From positions 21,648 through 54,567 of the forward strand of contig DAIMGB010000001.1 in the NCBI GenBank assembly GCA_036724195.1: 32,920 bases of DNA, given 5' to 3'. The DNA comes from Thermoleophilaceae bacterium (GTDB lineage Bacteria; Actinomycetota; Thermoleophilia; Solirubrobacterales; Thermoleophilaceae). Of the stretch, positions 1 through 7,903 are shown piece by piece. The first letter of the stretch is position 1; the number at the start of each line of letters is the position of its first letter. A model generated the notes under the pieces. The model made no database searches, was not told where the DNA came from, and saw only the letters and a program-made list of their open reading frames with translations. The position numbers and the translations under genes were made by a program.

Positions 1-1019
1 GTCGTGAACTTGTCGTAGTGGATGAGATGCTCGTCGACGCCATGGCCGTCGGCGAGCATCTCGCTGGCGGCGTCGATCATCGGCGGAGGACCGCACATGT
101 ACGCCTCGAAGTCGCCCAGCTCGCCGCTGTCGAGCAGCCGTCCGGCGGCCTCGTGGACGAAGCCCGTCTCGCCCTCCCAGTCGTCACCGTCGGCGGGCTC
201 AGACAGGACCGGGACGAAGCGGAAGTCCGCCAGGCGCGCGCCCAGCGCCTCGACGACGTCGAGGCAGATCAGGTCGTGACGCGTGCGTGCGCCGTAGAGA
301 AAACGCACTCGCCGGTCGCTGCCCTCAGCGGCCAGCTGGCGCAGCACGGACAGCACCGGTGCCATCCCCGAGCCGCCGGCCACCATGAGGATCGCGCGCT
401 CGCTGCGCCGCAGATAGAAAGCGCCGTACGGGCCGGTGAAGCGCAGCCGGTCGCCGGTGGCGATCTCATCGCGCAGCAGGCCCGAGAAGCGGCCGCCCTC
501 GTAGCGCTTGATGATGAACTCGAGCTCGCCTTCGCCGGGCAGATTCGCCATCGAGAAGGACCGGTGCGCGTCGTCCTCGCCGGGCACGGCGATGTCGACG
601 TAGTGGCCGGGCTTGAAGTCGAAGTCAGCGGGCTCGTCGATGCGCAGGCGCAGCCGGACGATGTCGTGCGTGAGCTCCTCCAGCTCGGTGAGGATCCCGA
701 CGCCCTCGCCGATGGGGTGGTCGAGCTTGTAGTTGTCGGGGTCGTAGTGCAGCAGCTCGACGACGAGATCCTCGTCAGGCATCGCACGGCACAGCAGCGT
801 GTAGCCCTGCGCCTCCTCGACGTCGGACAGCGCGAACGTCGAGTAGGGCTTCAGAGCCACCTCGCCCTCCAGCAGGTAGCACTTGCAGGCCGAGCACTGG
901 CCCTCCCGGCAGCCGTAGACCAGGTTGTAGCCCTGGCGGAAGGCGGCGTCCAGAACCGACTCATCCTCACCGCATTCGATCTCCTCCCCGATCGGCTCGA
1001 AAAGCACCTTGGCGCACAT
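1..1019 (-). CDS. 2Fe-2S ferredoxin / FAD-NAD(P) oxidoreductase (oxygenase reductase component); 3' end runs off the window
   Basis: Absent from the ORF track because it has no stop inside the window. Hand translation of the minus strand from ATG 1019-1017 gives MCAKVLFEPIGEEIECGEDESVLDAAFRQGYNLVYGCREGQCSACKC. This carries the plant-type C-x4-C-x2-C motif, with a fourth Cys in LLCRA. Further motifs are RSFSMAN, MVAGGSGMAP and YMCGPPPM, typical of FNR-like modules. GGAGGGG lies about 8 nt upstream of the ATG. Confidence 0.8.
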   Translation of the reverse strand, partial: MCAKVLFEPIGEEIECGEDESVLDAAFRQGYNLVYGCREGQCSACKCYLLEGEVALKPYSTFALSDVEEAQGYTLLCRAMPDEDLVVELLHYDPDNYKLDHPIGEGVGILTELEELTHDIVRLRLRIDEPADFDFKPGHYVDIAVPGEDDAHRSFSMANLPGEGELEFIIKRYEGGRFSGLLRDEIATGDRLRFTGPYGAFYLRRSERAILMVAGGSGMAPVLSVLRQLAAEGSDRRVRFLYGARTRHDLICLDVVEALGARLADFRFVPVLSEPADGDDWEGETGFVHEAAGRLLDSGELGDFEAYMCGPPPMIDAASEMLADGHGVDEHLIHYDKFT

Positions 1020-1040
1020 GTGCTCGTCCCCTCCGGCCCT

Positions 1041-1349
1041 TCAGGCCTCGTCGAGCATGTGGCGAACCTGGTGCATCCGCAGGCCGCGTGCCCACTCGCC
1101 CATGGCCTGAGTCGCGGCGACCATCAGCTCGACAGCCAGCGCGTGAGCAGCGCGGACGTCGGCCGGTCCGTGCGGGTCCGAGCGCACCCACAGCTCGCGA
1201 GCGATTTGCGCGCACGCCAGTATCTGGTCGCGCGCGTTGTGCGTTGGCGGTTCCGGCAGCCCGCGCATATCGCGGAGGCGCTCGCGGCCGGTCCGCAGGA
1301 GCGCCTCGAGGCGGGGGCCTTCCACAGCGTCGGATCGCGCCTGAATCAT
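1041..1349 (-). CDS. hypothetical small protein (102 aa) directly upstream of the reductase gene
   Basis: ORF with mostly GC-ending codons. Its stop is 21 nt before the reductase ATG, so co-transcription is likely. I recognise no motif and see no obvious SD. Confidence 0.45.
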   Translation of the reverse strand: MIQARSDAVEGPRLEALLRTGRERLRDMRGLPEPPTHNARDQILACAQIARELWVRSDPHGPADVRAAHALAVELMVAATQAMGEWARGLRMHQVRHMLDEA

Positions 1350-1363
1350 CGCCGCGAATGCTA

Positions 1364-1412
1364 GGTGAGCGGATGGTGAGCCGCATCACCCTAGCGGTCA
1401 GACTTCATCACC
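1364..1412. promoter_or_regulatory. four helically phased GGTGA/TCACC pentamers in a divergent intergenic region
   Basis: GGTGA starts at 1364 and 1375, each as GGTGAGC. TCACC starts at 1386 and 1408, each within ATCACCC. Spacings are 11, 11 and 22 nt. The site lies between the 102-aa ORF start (1349) and the carboxyltransferase start (1466). Confidence 0.3.
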
Positions 1413-1465
1413 CGAAGGGGGGATGCGCCGACCGGTCTGAGCGTACGCTGTTACCGTCGCCACCG

Positions 1466-3025
1466 ATGAGCGCCCCCGACTCGAACGCGCCCGGGATCGC
1501 GACCAGCTCCGCGGAGGACACAAGCGCACGGCTGGCGCGCGAGCACGCGTGGGCGCTCGCCGGCGGCGACCGCAGCCGACTCGGGACGAAGCTGCCGGTG
1601 CGCGAGCGGCTTGCGCTGCTGCTCGACCCAGGGTCATTCACCGAGGACGGGCTGTTCGCCAGCGTGACCCACGAGCGCCTGCCCGCGGACGCGGTGGTCA
1701 CCGGGACCGGCACCGTGGAGGGCCGGACCGTGGCGGTGATCGCCCACGACCCGACCGTCAAAGCGGGCTCCTGGGGTCGCCGCACGGTCGAGAAGCAGAT
1801 CCGCATCCTGGAGCTGGCCGACCGGGATCTGCTACCGGTTCTGTTTCTCGTGGACTCGGCCGGCGGCCGGCTGACCGATGCGCTCGCATTCCACCCGGGG
1901 GCGCGCGGAGCGGGCCGCATCTTCCACATGCAGGTGCGCCTCTCGGGCAGGGTGCCACAGGTGTGCTGTCTGCTGGGGCCGTCAGCCGCCGGTGGCGCCT
2001 ACATGCCGTCGTTTTGCGACTGGGTGGGAATGGTCGACGGCAACGCATCGATGTACCTCGCGTCGCCGCGCGTCGCCGAGAAGGCCATCGGCGAACGCGT
2101 GACGCTCGAGGAGATGGGCGGCGCCCGCATGCACACGGAGATCTCGGGGTGCGCGGACGAGCTGTGCGAGAGCGACGCGGACGCGATCGCCAAGGCCAAG
2201 CGCTTTTTGTCCTACCTCCCCAGCCACTTCGGCCTACAGCCACCGCGAGCGACCCCGACCGGTCCCTCGCGCAGCGACTGGGACAGCGTGATCCCGGCCA
2301 ACTTCCGGACCCCGTATGACGTGCACGAGGTCATCGACCGGGTCGTGGACGACGGCTCATTCTTCCCCGTCAAGCCGCGCTGGGCGAAGGAGATCGTCGT
2401 GGGGTTCGCCAGTATCGATGGCCGGTCCGTCGGCATCGTCGCCAGCCAGCCGAAGGTGCGCTCGGGAGCGATCTGCGTCGACTCGTCGGACAAGGCGGCG
2501 CGCTTCATTACATTGTGCGACGCGTTCAACGTCCCGCTCGTGTTCCTGGCCGACCTGCCGGGGTTCATGATCGGCTCGGCAGTCGAGCGCCAGGGCATCA
2601 TCCGTCATGGCGCCAAGATGATCGCCGCGATGTCGAGCGCCCAGGTACCGCGCTGGTGCGTCGTCCTGCGCAAGGCCTTCGCCGCCGGCTACTACGCGAT
2701 GTGCTCGCCGGGGTTCGAGCCGCGCGCAACGATCGCGCTCGCGGGCTCGCAGATCGGGGCGATGGCGGGAGAGGCTGCGGTCAACGCCATCTGGGCCAAC
2801 CACCTCGCGGCGATCGCGGACGACGAGCAGCGCGCCGCGTTCATCCGCGAGCGCAGCACCGAGCTCGAGGAGCAGTGGGACGCCATGGGACTCGCCAGCG
2901 ACCTGCTGATCGACGCGGTGGTCCAGCCAGAGGACCTGCGGGCCGAGCTGACCCGCCGGCTCGAAGCCGCCGGCGACTGGGTGCGCGACGCCCCGGGCCG
3001 ACACCACGGCGTCTTCCCCGTCTGA
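1466..3025 (+). CDS. acyl-CoA carboxylase carboxyltransferase (beta) subunit
   Basis: The 645-aa track ORF is trimmed to ATG 1466. Codons upstream of it include rare CTA, AGA, CTT and TTA, and overlap the divergent promoter. Typical carboxyltransferase blocks are present: VVTGTGTVEGRTVAVIAHDPTVKAGSWG, LVDSAGGRL, GPSAAGGAYMPSFCDW, EEMGGARMH, FLADLPGFMIGSAVERQGIIRHGAKM. Confidence 0.85.
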   Translation: MSAPDSNAPGIATSSAEDTSARLAREHAWALAGGDRSRLGTKLPVRERLALLLDPGSFTEDGLFASVTHERLPADAVVTGTGTVEGRTVAVIAHDPTVKAGSWGRRTVEKQIRILELADRDLLPVLFLVDSAGGRLTDALAFHPGARGAGRIFHMQVRLSGRVPQVCCLLGPSAAGGAYMPSFCDWVGMVDGNASMYLASPRVAEKAIGERVTLEEMGGARMHTEISGCADELCESDADAIAKAKRFLSYLPSHFGLQPPRATPTGPSRSDWDSVIPANFRTPYDVHEVIDRVVDDGSFFPVKPRWAKEIVVGFASIDGRSVGIVASQPKVRSGAICVDSSDKAARFITLCDAFNVPLVFLADLPGFMIGSAVERQGIIRHGAKMIAAMSSAQVPRWCVVLRKAFAAGYYAMCSPGFEPRATIALAGSQIGAMAGEAAVNAIWANHLAAIADDEQRAAFIRERSTELEEQWDAMGLASDLLIDAVVQPEDLRAELTRRLEAAGDWVRDAPGRHHGVFPV

Positions 3026-3044
3026 TCGCAGCGCGCCGGATGCG

Positions 3045-3070
3045 GCGGAGCGCCCGAGGACCGGCTCCGC
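3045..3070. terminator. possible bidirectional hairpin between convergent genes
   Basis: GCGGAGC (3045-3051) pairs with GCTCCGC (3064-3070) around a 12-nt loop. There is no U-tract. It lies between the carboxyltransferase stop (3025) and the gpsA stop (3117). Confidence 0.25.
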
Positions 3071-3116
3071 GCACGCCTGCCTGCCGCGCCTTGCGTCGCG
3101 AGGATGGGTGCCGCGT

Positions 3117-4127
3117 CTACGCCACCTCGTGCTTCTCGCTTTCGGCGACCATCCGCAGCAGGCCGCGGTAGGCCTCGCGGGGGTGGCGGCCCTCGTTGAC
3201 GACCGCGTCGACCTCGGAGGCGATCGGCATCACGCAGTCGTGCTCGGCAGCGAGCTGCATCACGGTCCGCGCGGTCTTCACGCCCTCGGCGACCTGGTTC
3301 ATCTCGGCGACGACCTCGTCGAGCGTCCTGCCGCGCGCGAGCCCCTCGCCCACGCGTCGGTTGCGAGAGAGCGGGCTCATGCACGTCGCCATGAGGTCGC
3401 CGAGGCCCGTCAGCCCGGCGAATGTGCGGGGGTCCGCTCCCATGGCCTCACCCAGGCGCGTGATCTCCGCCAGGCCGCGGGTGAGCACCATAGCGCGCGT
3501 GTTGTCACCCACGCCGAGCCCGTCGGCCATGCCGGAGGCGATCGCGATCACGTTCTTCAGCACGCCTCCCATCTCGCTGCCCAGCAGGTCCTGGTTGCGG
3601 TACACGCGGAAACGGCGGGAGGCAAACAGCGGCTGCAGCACGCGGGCCACAGCCTCGTCGGGCGTCGCGACGACCGCGGCCGCCGCAAACCCGCCGAGCA
3701 CCTCTCGCGCGAGGTTCGGGCCCGCGAGCAGCCCCACCGGGTGGCCGGAGAGGCACTCACCGATCACCTGTGTGGGACGCAGTCGCGTCCCGGGCTCCAG
3801 ACCCTTGGCCAGAGAGAGCACGGGGACCGACGGGCGCAAGTGCGCCGCGGCCTCCTGCAGCACAGTCCGAATCCCGTGAGAGGGCACGCCGACGACGAGC
3901 ACGTCGGCGCCCGCCACGGCCTCGGCGAGGTCGGCGGTCGCACGCAGGCTCTCGGGCAGCGCGTGATCGCCGAGGTAGCGGGTGTTCGTGTGCTCCTCGC
4001 AGACCTCGCGCGCCACCTCGCGATCTCGCGCCCACAGGAGCGTCGACGTGTTCGCCGCCGCCAACACCGCCACCGTCGTGCCCCACGACCCACCGCCGAG
4101 CACGGTGACCTGCATTGGGCGCGCCAC
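3117..4127 (-). CDS. gpsA: NAD(P)H-dependent glycerol-3-phosphate dehydrogenase
   Basis: N-terminal [10 protein letters not shown] dinucleotide fold. Family-typical blocks follow: [37 protein letters not shown]. The GTG start at 4127 has AGGAG 9 nt upstream. An alternative ATG lies at 4115. Confidence 0.9.
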   Translation of the reverse strand: MARPMQVTVLGGGSWGTTVAVLAAANTSTLLWARDREVAREVCEEHTNTRYLGDHALPESLRATADLAEAVAGADVLVVGVPSHGIRTVLQEAAAHLRPSVPVLSLAKGLEPGTRLRPTQVIGECLSGHPVGLLAGPNLAREVLGGFAAAAVVATPDEAVARVLQPLFASRRFRVYRNQDLLGSEMGGVLKNVIAIASGMADGLGVGDNTRAMVLTRGLAEITRLGEAMGADPRTFAGLTGLGDLMATCMSPLSRNRRVGEGLARGRTLDEVVAEMNQVAEGVKTARTVMQLAAEHDCVMPIASEVDAVVNEGRHPREAYRGLLRMVAESEKHEVA

Positions 4128-4153
4128 TACGCGACGCTCCTAACGTCCCGACA

Positions 4154-4966
4154 TCAGCGGTTGGCGAGCGCGCGGTCCAAGAAGGCGAGCACGTCGCCGA
4201 GGACCTCGTCGCGGTTGGTCTCGTTGAAGATCTCGTGGCGCGCCCCGGCGTAGACCTTCTGCTCGAGCGCGTCGCCGGCGACGCGCTCGACGGCGGGGCG
4301 GGTCACGGCGAGCGGGGCGAGCGGGTCCTGCTCGCCGTGGATCCACAGGGTCGGCAGCGAGCCCAGCGAGGGGCCCTCCGCGATCGCGCCGATGGCCGCG
4401 AACATCGCCTCGAGCGTCGGGCGCTTGAACGGCCCGTGCCACACGAGCGCGTCCTCGGCGTAGGCGCGGCCGACCTCGGGGTCGCGCGAGAGCATGCCCG
4501 GGTCGATCGGGACGTCGGGGATCGGGTCCATGCCCAGCAGCGCCTCGATCTCCGGGTTGCCGCCGACCACCGGCCCGGAAAGGACGAGCGCGGCAAGCTC
4601 CTTGCCGTGCTGCTGCGCAAAACGCGTGGCGATGATCCCACCCATCGAGTGACCGATCAGCACGACCGGCAGCGCCGGATGATCCTCGTGGGCCCGGTCG
4701 GCGACCGCGTGCAGGTCGCCGACCATGTCCTCGAGGTCCTCGACGATCGCGCGCTCACCCTCCGAGTGCCCATGGCCCAGGTGGTCGGGCCCGTAGACGG
4801 CGGCGCCGTGGTCCGTGAGCCGCTCGGCGACGTGCTCGTAGCGGCCGGCGTGCTCGCCGTAGCCGTGCGCGATCAGCGCCACGTAGCGCGCGTCGTCGTT
4901 CGGCCAGCGCCGGACGGCGATCCGGCCCTTCGCGCCGGCTAGCTCGAAGTGGGTGGCGGCAGGCAT
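4154..4966 (-). CDS. alpha/beta hydrolase, monoacylglycerol lipase / lysophospholipase-like
   Basis: HGYGEHAGRY and GHGHSEG blocks plus the GHSMGG nucleophile elbow. AAGGAG lies upstream of ATG 4966. Confidence 0.8.
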   Translation of the reverse strand: MPAATHFELAGAKGRIAVRRWPNDDARYVALIAHGYGEHAGRYEHVAERLTDHGAAVYGPDHLGHGHSEGERAIVEDLEDMVGDLHAVADRAHEDHPALPVVLIGHSMGGIIATRFAQQHGKELAALVLSGPVVGGNPEIEALLGMDPIPDVPIDPGMLSRDPEVGRAYAEDALVWHGPFKRPTLEAMFAAIGAIAEGPSLGSLPTLWIHGEQDPLAPLAVTRPAVERVAGDALEQKVYAGARHEIFNETNRDEVLGDVLAFLDRALANR

Positions 4967-4991
4967 GCTCGTGTCGTCTCCTTTGGTTCGC

Positions 4992-6425
4992 TCAGGCCCT
5001 CAGCAGCGGCGGCGTCGCGTTGGGATGCAGGGTCAGCACCTCGGCGAAGCCTTCGACCAGGCAACGGTCGAAGAGCTCACCCTCGGTGATCGCCGCCGGG
5101 TCGCTGTTCACGGCCACGCAGCAGGTGTCGCGGTGCGTGACGAGCGCGGCCATGCACGCGCAGCCCGGCAGCGGACCGAAGCCGTACAGGCGCTCAACCA
5201 GGGCACCCGCGAGGTAGGCGTCCTGACGCAGCCCGGGGACGTTGCTCGCCTGCAGGTCGTTGGCCTTGGTCATCCCGCCGGCGAGCCGCGAGATGACCGA
5301 GCCGGGTAGCCGCGACAGCGCGGGCGCCACCAATGCCACCCCGTCCACCGCCCGCTCGTCGCGCGCGGCACGCACGAGCGCACCGATCGCCGCGATCCGC
5401 TCGCCGGGGTCGGCGATGTCCATCGGCCCGGCGAGCCGAGCGCCCGCGAAGCGGTTGCCGCCCTCACTGTCCTCGGAACGGCGCAACGAGATCGGCACCG
5501 CCATCGGCAGGGTCGAGACCAGCTGGCCGAGCTGCTCGTGGTAGCGGCGGAACGCACCCAGCAGCGCGGCGAGATAGGCGTCGTTGAGCGACCCGCCCGC
5601 CGCCTTGCCTGCGGCTCGCAGGTCGGCGAAGGCGACGTCCAGCGCGCTGAGCCGCCAGGACATGCTGCGCGCGCCCAGCAACGGCGACCCCTCGGCGGCC
5701 GGACCGGCGAGCACGCGCCGCAGCGAGCTCGCGTAGCCCAGCGCGTCTCGCGCGGCCTGGTCCGGCCGCGCGAGCGCGCGCAGCGCGCCGCTGGAGCGCC
5801 GCAGCATCCTCGCCGCCCCGCGCGCGTCGCGGGCGACCTGGCGGGCGAGGGTGCCCGCCGAGGTGACTCGCTCGCCGACCGGCGGCGGGGGCTGGGGCTT
5901 GTCGAGATCGGGCTCGCGGGTGCGGGAGTGGATCCCCGCGAGGAGCTGGATGCCGCCCATCCCGTCCGTCGTGGCGTGGTGCATCTTCAGCAGGTAGGCG
6001 GCCTTGCCGTCGGCCAGACCCTCAATCAGCACGGCCTCCCACGGGGAGCGGGCGCGGTCGAACGGGGTCATCGCGATCTGCGAGACGATGGTCAGCAGGT
6101 CACGCCACGAGCCGCCCCCGGGCAGGCGCAGGCGGCGCACGTGGTAGTTGAGATCGAAGTCCGGGTCCACGGCCCACGACGGTGCCCCGAGCCACAGCGC
6201 CGGCTCCACCACGCGCTGGCGGAAGCGCGGGACCATCCGCGTGCCCCAATCGTGCGCCGCCACGAGGCGCTCCCAGTCGGGCACCTCGTCGAGCAACTCG
6301 AGCGCGAAGATCGTCGACCGCAGACGCGGGTCGGCCTCGGCCCGCCACATGAGCGCCTCCAGCGCATTCATCTCGCTGCCGCCGCCCCAGGCCAGCGCGC
6401 TGCGCGTCTCCTCAGGGGCGCTCAC
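4992..6425 (-). CDS. wax ester synthase / diacylglycerol acyltransferase (WS/DGAT)
   Basis: HHATTDGMG matches the catalytic HHxxxDG motif. Length is 477 aa. The GTG start overlaps the upstream stop as GTGA. Confidence 0.9.
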   Translation of the reverse strand: MSAPEETRSALAWGGGSEMNALEALMWRAEADPRLRSTIFALELLDEVPDWERLVAAHDWGTRMVPRFRQRVVEPALWLGAPSWAVDPDFDLNYHVRRLRLPGGGSWRDLLTIVSQIAMTPFDRARSPWEAVLIEGLADGKAAYLLKMHHATTDGMGGIQLLAGIHSRTREPDLDKPQPPPPVGERVTSAGTLARQVARDARGAARMLRRSSGALRALARPDQAARDALGYASSLRRVLAGPAAEGSPLLGARSMSWRLSALDVAFADLRAAGKAAGGSLNDAYLAALLGAFRRYHEQLGQLVSTLPMAVPISLRRSEDSEGGNRFAGARLAGPMDIADPGERIAAIGALVRAARDERAVDGVALVAPALSRLPGSVISRLAGGMTKANDLQASNVPGLRQDAYLAGALVERLYGFGPLPGCACMAALVTHRDTCCVAVNSDPAAITEGELFDRCLVEGFAEVLTLHPNATPPLLRA

Positions 6426-7903
6426 GACATCGCCGCCCCGGTGGCGCGCTCCGGGAGGGCCGGCATCCCCGGCCAGCGGTCCAGCGTGTCGGCGATCATC
6501 CCGCGGACCTCGGCGACATGGTCATCGAGCGTCTCGACCGTCCACCCGCTCGTCATGACCGGCGGCATCACGACGACCTCGATCCGACCTTCGCGTATCG
6601 TATGGGCCCCACGGGGCATCACCGCGCCGGCGTGGCGCAGGACGATCGGCACCATCGGCACCTCGGCCTGAATCGCTATGTGGAATGCGCCCTTCTTGAA
6701 GCGGCCCACGCGCGGCGTGACCGAGCGCGTCCCCTCGGGCGCGATCACCAGCGACAGGCGCTCGTCACGGATCTTGGCCACCGCGGGCTCGAGCGCCTTG
6801 CGGGCTTGGGCGGTGTTCCCGCGCTCGACGAACGCCACCCCCGCGATCTGGAAGAACTGGCCGAAGCCCGGGATCCTCTTGACCTCCGCCTTCGCCACGC
6901 CGGTGAAGCCGCTGCGCAGCACCTTCATGATCACGATCGGGTCGATGTTGCTCTGGTGGTTGAACACGAAGACGCACGGCCGCGAGGACCACGCGTGCTG
7001 CTGGCCGCGAACGACGGCGACATCGACGCCGGCGAGCGCCAGACCGATATCCGCCCCGACGCCGCCCGTGATGTCCACGAGCGTCTGGCGCGAGCGGTTG
7101 AGCAGCCCGAGGCCGAGCCCGGCGCCGAAGGCCGTGGCGAAGCTGCCGTAGAACCCCACGGTGCGGGCGGTCTCGAGCACGCCGGGGCGCCCCCGGCGTG
7201 AGGCGCAGCGCAACACCGGCCACCCGCGTCGCTGCGCTTCCGCGCGCAGCGCACTGGTGGGCTCGACGGCTACCGGGTGGCCTACGGCCTCCAGGAAGGG
7301 GACGTCCTCGTCGCCGTTGGAGTATGCGCAGGAGCGCTCGAGGTCGAGGTCGTGCTCCGCGGCGAGCGCCCGCAGCGCGCATGCCTTGCCGCCGCCCCAC
7401 AGCGGGGGCCCGGCGGTACGTCCCGTAAGCCGGCCCGCAAGGACCTCGACCGGGGTGAACAGCGCGTGGTCGACGCCGAGCTCGCGGGCCATCGGCTCGA
7501 CCTGGAAGCGCGTGGCCGAGGACGCGAGCACGAGCGTGTGCCCCATGCGCCGATGAGCCTCCAGCAGCTCCCAGACCTCAGTGTGCAGGCGCCGGGCGAT
7601 GTCGTTGCGAAACAGCCGCTCGCCGAGCTCCTCGAGCTCTGACTCCTCAACGTCCTTCCAGGCGGCGAGCGACACCTCGAGGAACGCGGCGAAGTCCTCG
7701 TCTGAGCGGATGCCCCGCGCCCCGGCGAGCAGCGTGCGCGCGAGCTCGACGGGCCCGATCTCGAGGGCCCGCATGCGGTGGTTGTAGAAGGCCTGCGCCG
7801 AGTAGCCGCCGATCACGGTACCGTCGTAGTCGAAGCAGGCGGCGATCTCCGCGCCGCGCGGCCCCGTGTACACGCTGGCGACGAGCTCAGCCAGCGTCGC
7901 CAT
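6422..7903 (-). CDS. plsC: bifunctional HAD-IB phosphatase-like / 1-acyl-sn-glycerol-3-phosphate acyltransferase
   Basis: The N-terminal FDYDGTV matches the DxDxT HAD motif I. The C-terminal half has FNHQSNIDP (HX4D acyltransferase motif) and APEGTRS. I chose ATG 7903 because AGGAGG sits 6 nt upstream. This start overlaps the upstream gene by 17 nt. Confidence 0.85.
   Translation of the reverse strand: MATLAELVASVYTGPRGAEIAACFDYDGTVIGGYSAQAFYNHRMRALEIGPVELARTLLAGARGIRSDEDFAAFLEVSLAAWKDVEESELEELGERLFRNDIARRLHTEVWELLEAHRRMGHTLVLASSATRFQVEPMARELGVDHALFTPVEVLAGRLTGRTAGPPLWGGGKACALRALAAEHDLDLERSCAYSNGDEDVPFLEAVGHPVAVEPTSALRAEAQRRGWPVLRCASRRGRPGVLETARTVGFYGSFATAFGAGLGLGLLNRSRQTLVDITGGVGADIGLALAGVDVAVVRGQQHAWSSRPCVFVFNHQSNIDPIVIMKVLRSGFTGVAKAEVKRIPGFGQFFQIAGVAFVERGNTAQARKALEPAVAKIRDERLSLVIAPEGTRSVTPRVGRFKKGAFHIAIQAEVPMVPIVLRHAGAVMPRGAHTIREGRIEVVVMPPVMTSGWTVETLDDHVAEVRGMIADTLDRWPGMPALPERATGAAMS

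Noticed and set aside
18-1364. 448-aa plus-strand ORF at the left edge
   Set aside because: It is antisense to the ferredoxin-reductase gene, which has unmistakable 2Fe-2S and FNR motifs, and to the 102-aa ORF. It has no recognisable domain.
1088-1465. N-terminal 126-codon extension of the carboxyltransferase ORF (track start 1088; also ATG 1358 and 1373)
   Set aside because: The extension overlaps the divergent minus-strand ORF and the promoter region. It is Arg/Pro-rich at first and then uses rare codons (CTA, AGA, CTT, TTA). Carboxyltransferase similarity only begins after ATG 1466.
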